Both the position numbers and the translations under genes were made by a program. From contig JBHLSH010000085.1 in assembly GCA_048881705.1 (NCBI GenBank), forward strand, positions 1 to 15,649: 15,649 bases of DNA. Direction: 5' to 3'. Shown in pieces: positions 7,624-14,994 of the stretch. The DNA is from Candidatus Heimdallarchaeota archaeon. Lineage in GTDB: Archaea; Asgardarchaeota; Heimdallarchaeia; Hodarchaeales; Hodarchaeaceae. A model generated the notes under the pieces. That model was not told the origin of the DNA and did not search any database. It saw only the letters and a list, made by a program, of their open reading frames with translations. Each line of letters starts with the position of its first letter. Position 1 is the first letter of the stretch.

Positions 7624-8394
7624 TTAGCCATTTTTAAGAAACGAATCCAGGTTTTCTAAAGTTTTGTGATTTTGTATCATCTCATAGTCTTTATCAGAGA
7701 CTGTAAATCCTATGAATTTTCTTTTGTTGCGTGAACATGCTGTTAACAAGTTATTGGATGCCAGAAAAGGATCCAAAACCAAAGCCCCTTCATTACTAGC
7801 AATTCGAATACATTTTTCCAGGATGGAATATCCCACAGTCTGATTATTTTCATTACTCCTGGATTGATAAGAGGGAATCCAGACATCCTCAAAATAGAGT
7901 TTCCCCTTGGAACTAGAATATTCAGAAATCCTATTGAAGACTCGACTCCTGTCCTCTTTAAGTGATAACTTCGTGATGTACAAAACATGGGAATGAATCG
8001 GATTAAATTGTTTTTTTAACCCTATATCATGGTTGGAGGTGGGATGTTGCCAGATAATATGGTTAACCAACCGAAACCCTGTGATATTAATTGCATTCAG
8101 AAGAAATCGGAGATTAGTCCAGTGACAGAAAATAAATCCACATGCAATATGACTCATTGCTCTTTTTGCTTGATTTAACCATTCTACTGAAAAATCCTGG
8201 TAGTTCTTATTTGGAATAATTCCATACCTATGTTGAAAATGCTTTTGAAATCTGATAGATGATAGAGTACCCTCTAGAGGGCCGGCCTGATATACTGGTT
8301 CCGTTACCAGGAGGTCAACACTAGAAGACCTGATTTTCGCCATACCAACTCTACAATCTTCAGTGTAAATCATATTGGGTTTAAGATATCCCAC
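7624..8394 (-). CDS. N4/N6 DNA methyltransferase-fold protein (beta-class motif order), probably catalytically inactive
   Basis: Scaffold matches: IYTEDC, SVDLLVT, NHIIW, ILEKCIRIASNEGALVLDPF, RNKRKFIG. The catalytic DPPY reads EPVY and the SAM-binding FxGxG reads FLASN. ORF is intact. Confidence 0.8.
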   Translation of the reverse strand: MGYLKPNMIYTEDCRVGMAKIRSSSVDLLVTEPVYQAGPLEGTLSSIRFQKHFQHRYGIIPNKNYQDFSVEWLNQAKRAMSHIACGFIFCHWTNLRFLLNAINITGFRLVNHIIWQHPTSNHDIGLKKQFNPIHSHVLYITKLSLKEDRSRVFNRISEYSSSKGKLYFEDVWIPSYQSRSNENNQTVGYSILEKCIRIASNEGALVLDPFLASNNLLTACSRNKRKFIGFTVSDKDYEMIQNHKTLENLDSFLKNG

Positions 8395-8399
8395 AGTAT

Positions 8400-9782
8400 T
8401 TACTCCACCAATGAGAACTTAGGGGGCATTAGTTGCCGAACTATGTCCCTATAAATCATTGCGAAGTCATTCATTGATTTTAACATAATAAATTCATCGG
8501 TACCATGGATACCACCTCCCTCTGGTCCAAGATCTATGACAGGAATGTTATAACGGGACAGAAATCGGGCATCAGATGCCCCTTCCTGTTCACATGGCTC
8601 AGAAACCAATGAATGTTTCTCCAGAACTGTACTGGCAGTTTTAACCAAACGATGTTCTTTTGAAGTATAAAAATAGCCAGATGAAGGTTTGACTTCAATG
8701 TCTGCATGTATCGAAAATGCATTGAGCCTAGATTTAATTGCGTAAGCCAGAATAGGGGCTTTTTCAGGAGACAAAAAAGCGCGTACGTCGAGTTCAACCT
8801 GAGTACCGGTAGTGGGGGAGTATATAACGATATTTGGGTTCATTGTAATTCCAAATTCGCTAGGAATTTCGGTTTCAAGCTGCGTTCCATCAAGAAGAAC
8901 CATTCCCCGCATGGCTCGCAAGATGGATGTTAGATTTTCATCATAGGTCTGAATGGAACCGTTAGAAGTTGGTTTAACAACTTTCGCGAGACAATCATCT
9001 GGAATTACGTTTTTCTTAACCCAGGATCCTGTTAAATCCTGAATTTTCCAATTTCTATTTAGATGAAGTAGTTTAGAAAGAGCTAAAATCGCATGCTGAT
9101 CCACACCACGTACAAAATATGCTGAATGTCTGTTTGGGTCTCCAAAAATCTTAGTATACGTTCTTAAGTTTTCAATCTTTCCATTAACGGATTTGATACC
9201 CGGTGGAACAGTTAAGGAAACTCCAAAACCTGCTCGACGCTTATAAACGACACGAGGACCCCCATCGACATTTATTACAAATTTCGGCTGTATTCCTTTC
9301 TTGCTTGCTTCTTCAAAAAATAATTTTGCGCCATGCTGCCCTCCCGTTTCCTCATCTGTTGAGAAAAAAAAGCCAATTTTCGGAAGTCCATCAAATTGTT
9401 GTTGACATAGATCTTGGTACATTAATAAAGACGAGACAACCGAACCTTTACAGTCCTTACTTCCTCGTCCATAAGCCCGGCCATTTTCAATCCGTAGAGA
9501 AAAGGGATCCGAACTCCAACCGTCACTCACTGGAACGACATCCAGATGCCCGATGAAGAGTATATCAACCCCAATGTCCAAGTTGGGAGTCAAGTAGATC
9601 GAACCAAAGTTATGATCACGAAATATCGTCGTTTTGATATTTGGATTCCATACAGTAATCAAGTCTTTGACATAATCCAGAACCTCAACATCTGGAATTA
9701 GCATTTTTTGAGGGTCGTTCACAGTTTCATAACTAATTAACTTGCGAAGTATCTGTTTACCAGAGATATTATTCCCGTTCAT
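8400..9782 (-). CDS. M20/M25/M40 family metallo-hydrolase (DapE/ArgE-like, resembling the Thermococcales type)
   Basis: GHLDVVP, YGRGSKDCKG, DEETGG, NVDG, GASDARF and IHGTDE supply all five metal ligands. Also RHSAY, KNVIP and LDVRA. GGAGG (9797-9793) lies upstream of ATG. Confidence 0.93.
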   Translation of the reverse strand: MNGNNISGKQILRKLISYETVNDPQKMLIPDVEVLDYVKDLITVWNPNIKTTIFRDHNFGSIYLTPNLDIGVDILFIGHLDVVPVSDGWSSDPFSLRIENGRAYGRGSKDCKGSVVSSLLMYQDLCQQQFDGLPKIGFFFSTDEETGGQHGAKLFFEEASKKGIQPKFVINVDGGPRVVYKRRAGFGVSLTVPPGIKSVNGKIENLRTYTKIFGDPNRHSAYFVRGVDQHAILALSKLLHLNRNWKIQDLTGSWVKKNVIPDDCLAKVVKPTSNGSIQTYDENLTSILRAMRGMVLLDGTQLETEIPSEFGITMNPNIVIYSPTTGTQVELDVRAFLSPEKAPILAYAIKSRLNAFSIHADIEVKPSSGYFYTSKEHRLVKTASTVLEKHSLVSEPCEQEGASDARFLSRYNIPVIDLGPEGGGIHGTDEFIMLKSMNDFAMIYRDIVRQLMPPKFSLVE

Positions 9783-9804
9783 TCAACTTTGGCCTCCCAA
9801 TTCA

Positions 9805-11001
9805 TCACATTAGAGCCAGATATTTTTGAAGTCTTTTTTCTAGCCGGTTACTGAGTCCAATTATGATTGATTTCTGAGAACCTAAATCGAGCACTTCCAA
9901 TATATGAAGAAGTGCAGCATTCTGTGCATTAAATCCTTTCATTATCATAGTTTTGCTGAAATGATCCTTCGTACTCGCCCACCAGGTAGAACATGAGTAC
10001 TGTGCTCGAGCCACCGCTTTTAAAGCGTGACGTACATCGTCATTCGTTTCATCAGGAGTTAAAGACAACAGGAATTCAGCCAGTTCCGATATTAAGTCCC
10101 CATGGTAGTTCAATAAATCATGAATGGCATTTCCCGGATATGCCCATAGGGGAAAGGGAATTCCCCGATATAGGTCTTCTTCAGATGTACTCCAGCTAGC
10201 ACTTCTAAACTCCTGAACTGCTTTAGTAGGAAGCGTTAAGAGATCCGAAACCGTCTTGGTTTCCCCCAACTTGAGAAGTTCGATGAAAAACCTATAATAA
10301 TGCTTATGATGCTCACCAAAAGTTTCTATATCGGTAGCCCAAACTAACGTACCATCAGGATTTGATCGATGAAGGGAATTGAAATGTTCCTGAGCATTGG
10401 ATAAGGCAGGGTACCTCTTGAAAGAAATGTTATTTGAAATTTCGCGATTCCGATTTACCAAATAAAGATCCTCAGTCTGAGTGAAATAATACAGATGCGT
10501 AGTTAAGGGAGGAGGCGCGAAAGAATTCGATCTTATTGCGATCTCTGGTATAATTAAGTACTTAAAACCGAGAGTTTCTACTAATTTAATGACTTCATAA
10601 GATACTGCGAGTTCGGGAGGCCAGAATCCGATCGGTGCCCATAGGTTACCAAATACTTCTTTATTGATTTGATGATTCAATTTAATTTGATAAGCAGCCT
10701 CTTTAGGGGAAATTAAAGGAAGAATAGGATGATATGCTCCTGATTCTAGGAACTCGACTTGGCCGTTTCGTGCTAGTTCTTCATATCCTGCAATTACATG
10801 TGGATAATCAAGTGCCAATTGTTCAGTAAGGCTAGCATTGATATTGAGCGTAATTTTTATCTCAGGGAACGAAACCAATTGTTCTGCTACTGGGACATAA
10901 CAATTTTCAACAATGCGTTTCAATATCTTTGGATCTTGCGATGGAGGTTGGTACGCATGAAGAACAGCCGCAATTGGGATTGAATGATAAGCCGCTACCA
11001 C
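9805..11001 (-). CDS. Glycoside hydrolase family 57 protein
   Basis: GH57 conserved regions: HAYQP, ESGAYHPILPL, GFWPPEL (nucleophile Glu), TDIETFGEH (acid/base Asp), AQYSCSTWW. GTG start. Confidence 0.92.
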   Translation of the reverse strand: MVAAYHSIPIAAVLHAYQPPSQDPKILKRIVENCYVPVAEQLVSFPEIKITLNINASLTEQLALDYPHVIAGYEELARNGQVEFLESGAYHPILPLISPKEAAYQIKLNHQINKEVFGNLWAPIGFWPPELAVSYEVIKLVETLGFKYLIIPEIAIRSNSFAPPPLTTHLYYFTQTEDLYLVNRNREISNNISFKRYPALSNAQEHFNSLHRSNPDGTLVWATDIETFGEHHKHYYRFFIELLKLGETKTVSDLLTLPTKAVQEFRSASWSTSEEDLYRGIPFPLWAYPGNAIHDLLNYHGDLISELAEFLLSLTPDETNDDVRHALKAVARAQYSCSTWWASTKDHFSKTMIMKGFNAQNAALLHILEVLDLGSQKSIIIGLSNRLEKRLQKYLALM

Positions 11002-11031
11002 AGCGTTAACGCCCTGTTATGGATAAGCGGT

Positions 11032-12087
11032 CTAGTATCCACGTGTTAATTCCCAAAGTAATTTGTTAAGTTCGGCCCTTCTCGATTTCGTAGGTTTTTT
11101 ATCCTTTTCTTGATCATCCATTTGAGTTTCGGGATCGGCCTCTTCTAATGGTGGCATTGGAGGCGGTTCGAGTAGGTCAGATGATTCAGTTTCCCTCTCA
11201 TTTATGGCAGTTGTATCATTCTCAACCTCGCGGCCAAATTCTGGCTCTCTTTCTACCAGATCTGATGTGAATGTGGTATCTGAAGATGTTTCCTGGATTA
11301 CATTCTCTGAAGTGCCAAAGAAATCTTGGGCCAAATCTTCTAACGATTGATATACATCGTCTGGTTGCTCTTCTTTAACTGTTTGAGAATTTATACCAAG
11401 AGAGGCATCCTCTGACCCCTGATCATATTTTCTTTCCTGATCGTATGTCGGCGAACCGACCTCTTCTTCAAGAAGTAGTTCTAATGGACTCTTTTCTTCA
11501 GGAACTTGGTCGGTTTCAAGTGGCTTCACGCCAAAAAAAGAAGCGATATCAGTTTTTTGGTCAAATATTTCGGATTCGGGTACGGAACTTGCATCCTCAG
11601 TTGTTAAAGGAGTTTCACTTGAAACGCTAGCTTTCTCTAGCGATTGAAGCCGATCAGATGCAAACATGACAAAGGGTTCTGGAGGTTTTGAAGGAGAATC
11701 TTCAAGAGGTAATTGGGGAGGAATTCTTTCTCTCTGAGTAGTAGAAAATGCTTCTTCCTGGACTTCAGACTCCATCTTGGATAGTTCGGAAATTCGGGTT
11801 TCTAGAGTAGCGATCTCATTTTTATCAGGGATAAAATGCGGTCTTAAGGCATCTTGAGGTTCTGTATAAGGTTCAGGGGTGCCTTCAGGTTCCTTTATTG
11901 CACCTGAAGTTTTTAATAAGTTTAAAAAGGAATCAATCTCTAATTTTGCGATATCAACCTGGAAATCTCCCGATATGATACGTAAAGTAATAATTCGATC
12001 ATCAAGCATGATTCCACTTAGGCATATCTGACCGCCATCATAATCTAGGCACCAGGATACTTCTTTCCTTCGGAATTCAACATTCAT
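11032..12087 (-). CDS. Hypothetical protein: ~62-aa N-terminal globular domain, long acidic low-complexity region, short C-terminal amphipathic helix
   Basis: 351-aa ORF overlapping the upstream gene by ATGA. Residues ~63-335 are rich in E/D/S/T/P/Q with few hydrophobics. Ends KSRRAELNKLLWELTRGY. Confidence 0.85.
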   Translation of the reverse strand: MNVEFRRKEVSWCLDYDGGQICLSGIMLDDRIITLRIISGDFQVDIAKLEIDSFLNLLKTSGAIKEPEGTPEPYTEPQDALRPHFIPDKNEIATLETRISELSKMESEVQEEAFSTTQRERIPPQLPLEDSPSKPPEPFVMFASDRLQSLEKASVSSETPLTTEDASSVPESEIFDQKTDIASFFGVKPLETDQVPEEKSPLELLLEEEVGSPTYDQERKYDQGSEDASLGINSQTVKEEQPDDVYQSLEDLAQDFFGTSENVIQETSSDTTFTSDLVEREPEFGREVENDTTAINERETESSDLLEPPPMPPLEEADPETQMDDQEKDKKPTKSRRAELNKLLWELTRGY

Positions 12088-12296
12088 TTTTCAGACCCGA
12101 CCGTATCCAAGAACTGATTTAGAAATTCGAGAAACTGGTGGATTTCCTGTTCCTTCAATACAAGTTGATGGCCACCCGCTTTTAAGGTGACACTTCTTGC
12201 ACCATGTTCATGATTGATCAAATGAACTTCAAGGAGATCACCCGACTCCAACCTTAATCCCGTCGTTGTGTCAATTGTTTTATCAATGATCCTCAA
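12084..12296 (-). CDS. Small hypothetical protein (70 aa), paralog of the N-terminal domain of the downstream gene
   Basis: TTG start after AAGGAAA; 4-nt ATGA overlap with the next gene; local alignment with the 351-aa protein gives 10 identities in about 30 positions. Confidence 0.75.
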   Translation of the reverse strand: MRIIDKTIDTTTGLRLESGDLLEVHLINHEHGARSVTLKAGGHQLVLKEQEIHQFLEFLNQFLDTVGSEK

Positions 12297-12615
12297 TTTC
12301 CTTACCGAACCAGAACCGTCCTACTGAATATCCTCTATAGATGAATTCTTCTTAAGCCTTTTCAATTATCAAACTTGGATTAAGTGGTTTTAGACTCTAT
12401 TCCATATCTCCGACAATTTCAGGCATCATGGAGGGATGAGTTCCTCTGCGCAATACAACGAGGATAAAGCGTTCTTACTCCCTCGGTGGGAATTATTCAC
12501 AGAAAAGGGGGGAATTCTGCGTTTTCATATGAGGTTCCGTGCTTGATAGTTATCGAAAATCTTGGAAATAGTTATATGCCACCCAAATCCGGAATCCCCA
12601 GTCTATTGCGAGAAG

Positions 12616-12945
12616 TTAGCGATAAAAACGTAGTAGGTCATCCCTTCCCTGATCATCTTCAGCAAAGCTTTGAATTATATGAAACAAGTCCCAAACCAGC
12701 TCGCTCGCTCTTCGCCCCCGTTTGGTTAGCACATAGTGATTTTCGATCCCGCCCTCTCCCATTTCCCGATAAACAAGACCAAATTCATGCAAATCATTCA
12801 ATCTTGAAAGAGCGATGGAAGGTTTTTTACATCCAATAGCGGTACAAATTTGCTCAAAACTCCTTCCTTTAGGATTAAAATGCAGGTACTGGAGTATAAG
12901 AAGCGAATACTCTTTTTCAAGACGTTTCAAAGGATTAGAAGACAC
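12616..12945 (-). CDS. Winged helix-turn-helix transcriptional regulator, HxlR/MarR-like
   Basis: LLILQYL helix 1, RSFEQICTAIG helix 2, ALSRLNDLHEFGLVYR recognition helix, wing ending YVLTKRGR. 109 aa, GTG start. Confidence 0.85.
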   Translation of the reverse strand: MSSNPLKRLEKEYSLLILQYLHFNPKGRSFEQICTAIGCKKPSIALSRLNDLHEFGLVYREMGEGGIENHYVLTKRGRRASELVWDLFHIIQSFAEDDQGRDDLLRFYR

Positions 12946-13015
12946 GTGGGAATTCCTCGACCCGTTATCAGGGGTTCTGTCTCATTTTATCAATACTTCA
13001 TCAGGAGTGATTGTG

Positions 13016-13027
13016 AATTCATGAATT
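13016..13027. promoter_or_regulatory. Candidate operator, perfect palindrome AATTCATGAATT
   Basis: 12-bp perfect inverted repeat in the intergenic region, 71-82 bp upstream of the HxlR-like start. Confidence 0.35.
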
Positions 13028-13151
13028 TGCGCACGGTTTTGCAGTATGGCCTGATATAATTTTTATTTGTAGGTAGGCGTTATCATTGGTTTTTAACTTT
13101 TCAATGATTTCAAGTATTACTGTTTCCCGTATGTGGTGGGAAATACCTTTT

Positions 13152-13164
13152 AAAAATAAAGAAA
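13152..13164 (-). terminator. Possible oligo-T terminator after the histidine kinase
   Basis: TTTCTTTATTTTT on the minus strand, beginning 3 nt after the stop codon at 13167. Confidence 0.35.
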
Positions 13165-13166
13165 GT

Positions 13167-14642
13167 TCAGTGCTTTGGTATTTCAACTCTCACTACTGAT
13201 CCTTTGTTCTTTCCAGAAGATTCAATCTCAATCTTTCCGAATAGGATTTCCTCTACAATCTTCTTGGTGATAGACAATCCTAATCCCGTTCCTGTGGATC
13301 CTGATTCGAATTTTGTGAATGGAGTAAACACTCGAGTTAAATCCTGTTCTGTAAATCCATATCCGTTGTCTTTTACAGTAATATGAACAGATGATAAATT
13401 TTTTACCCGTCGTTCCTCCAAGAACACTTCAATCTTCCCAGTTTCCATTGGTGAGTACTTGATTGCGTTGTCGATTATATTCTGTAATACACGTAGAATC
13501 AATTCCCGGTTTCCTACGATTTCAAGCTCTGAGGGAAGAAACACCTGAAAATCCTGATTTCTTTGAATTAATTGGGGAAGAAATGCGATTTTGAGCTCAT
13601 CAATCAGCTCAACTAGATCGAAAGTTTCTTGATTGCTTATGTATTTGTCTCGCTGATAATCCAAGCGCTCATATTCAAGGATCGAGTCAATCATAACCAC
13701 CATGCGTTTGGAATTACTGATGATAACCTCAACATGCTTTTTTACTTCAGGAGAAATAGGGCCTATAAGTCCATCCCGTAATAATTCCCCAAATCCTAGA
13801 ATTGCAGATAATGGAGATTTGAGATCATGAGTCACTGAGGAAAGGAGTTGGCTCTTCTCGGCAAAACGTTTCTTCAAGTCTCTGTATTTGATTACATAGA
13901 AAAAGTCAGTTTCTCGCTTCTTTTGCTCTAAATCCGTCTTTACTTCGACTAGTGGCAATAAATGTGCTAAAGATGCCTCTAAAATATCATTTTGGGTCTT
14001 GGTAAGGAAGAGTTCTTTATTTAAACGATCCTTCTCCAGTTCCTTGAGTTTCAATTCTTCAAGAAGTAGCCATATAGGTTGATAAATTTGCCTGAGGCTT
14101 GATGGAAACGATTCCTCTCCCTTTTTTTCACTGTAAAAGAGATTTGGAAGGACTTGTGAGGGGTTCAGGCAGAAAAAAGGGTATCGCTGTGCAATCTTAA
14201 AGATCATTTGCGATTTCAGTTTTTTCTCCAAGAAAATCGCATATACGGAATATTTGATGTCCCTATCGATTAGTTTCAAGATTAAGGTAGTTTCCGTATA
14301 AAGGACAAATTTCCTTGTCACAGCGACTCGGGAAAAATCAAGGTACACTGCAATATGGTTGATGGAACTGGGCAACAACGATACGATATTTTCCAATTCT
14401 TTTTGATATTTAATTCTAAAGGTTTTTGAGAGCGTTTTCTTGGGTAGAAGAGTAATATTATGAATATCGAATCCCTCTCTTTGATAGGAAGGAAGTTTGT
14501 CCAAGTCATAGCTTTTCTTAGAGAATAAAAACAAGCAATTACTCTGTTTTCTCCGTGAAAGGGCAGATTTGAGAAAAGATGCCAGACGATCTTCGTCAGC
14601 AAACAAACAAAAAATTCTATCGGGCTCTTCTACCATTTCCAC
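13167..14642 (-). CDS. Soluble sensor histidine kinase (HisKA + HATPase_c) with degenerate MEDS-like N-terminal domain and coiled-coil linker
   Basis: H-box VTHDLKSPL, N-box LQNIIDNAIKYS, G1 VKDNGYG, F-box VFTPF, G2 GTGLGLSITKKIV. No TM segment. Start is GTG 14642 or ATG 14636. Confidence 0.93.
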   Translation of the reverse strand: MEMVEEPDRIFCLFADEDRLASFLKSALSRRKQSNCLFLFSKKSYDLDKLPSYQREGFDIHNITLLPKKTLSKTFRIKYQKELENIVSLLPSSINHIAVYLDFSRVAVTRKFVLYTETTLILKLIDRDIKYSVYAIFLEKKLKSQMIFKIAQRYPFFCLNPSQVLPNLFYSEKKGEESFPSSLRQIYQPIWLLLEELKLKELEKDRLNKELFLTKTQNDILEASLAHLLPLVEVKTDLEQKKRETDFFYVIKYRDLKKRFAEKSQLLSSVTHDLKSPLSAILGFGELLRDGLIGPISPEVKKHVEVIISNSKRMVVMIDSILEYERLDYQRDKYISNQETFDLVELIDELKIAFLPQLIQRNQDFQVFLPSELEIVGNRELILRVLQNIIDNAIKYSPMETGKIEVFLEERRVKNLSSVHITVKDNGYGFTEQDLTRVFTPFTKFESGSTGTGLGLSITKKIVEEILFGKIEIESSGKNKGSVVRVEIPKH

Positions 14643-14951
14643 AGTTTTTTGCTCCGAACCCTAGAATTGAAAACAGTTATTATCGTTAAAGATATTTTCA
14701 ATCACCTAGTACATTTTTCAAGTTTAGGTTTTTGATTCCGGGATTAAGATTCCAGTCCATCCTATTTATTTATTTTCGAATATGCTTGTACTAAGGAATC
14801 AAAGGCCCATTCAGCTGATGTCAGCGAATTCCGGCGCTCAAGAACAGCAAGATAAAAAAACGTAAAAGCTTATGACTTTCATGAACCTTATACAACCGTA
14901 TTAAAATCAGAGGCCTGAAATAAATTAGCTTCGATCTTCTTTCTTACCGAT

Positions 14952-14989
14952 ATTAGACTTTCTAGCTTAAACCACAAATATAGTCTAAT
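14952..14989. repeat. 8-bp inverted repeat ATTAGACT-N22-AGTCTAAT
   Basis: Arms at 14952-14959 and 14982-14989, beginning 6 nt downstream of the nitroreductase stop codon. No U-tract follows on the minus strand. Confidence 0.5.
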
Positions 14990-14994
14990 TGAAC

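Noticed and set aside
7624-8394. Interpretation as a restriction-modification or defence island
   Set aside because: No nuclease, specificity subunit, integrase, transposase or tRNA-linked boundary nearby, and the MTase motifs are degenerate.
9802-9807. Tandem TGA TGA at the end of GH57 as possible selenocysteine readthrough
   Set aside because: The domain is already complete, two consecutive stops follow, and no SECIS-like hairpin is evident.
12440-12520. Resemblance to RNase P RNA P4 strands (GAGGAACUC on minus, ACAGAAAAGGGGGG on plus)
   Set aside because: The two halves are on opposite strands and cannot form P4; the other conserved regions are missing.
12436-12546. 36-codon plus-strand ORF (MSSSAQYNEDK...) preceded by GGAGG
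   Set aside because: The SD-to-ATG spacing is only 1 nt, and there is no other coding evidence.
12968-13004. C/D-box-like pair on the minus strand (CUGAUGA ... CUGA)
   Set aside because: Only one imperfect C box and one D box, with no C'/D' pair or terminal stem; expected by chance.
1602-14602. Other short ORFs in the track (1602-1874, 3779-4027, 4190-4378, 6496-6705, 7743-7988, 8534-8797, 8706-8933, 9203-9556, 9993-10199, 10798-10983, 11445-11630, 12486-12839, 12815-13024, 12850-13059, 13204-13386, 14318-14602)
   Set aside because: All overlap motif-supported longer genes, antisense or in another frame, and show no family signature.
6322-14959. TTAGACT motif recurring in three intergenic regions (6324, 12390, 14953)
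   Set aside because: It also occurs inside a coding region (about 3159) and sits at inconsistent distances from start codons.
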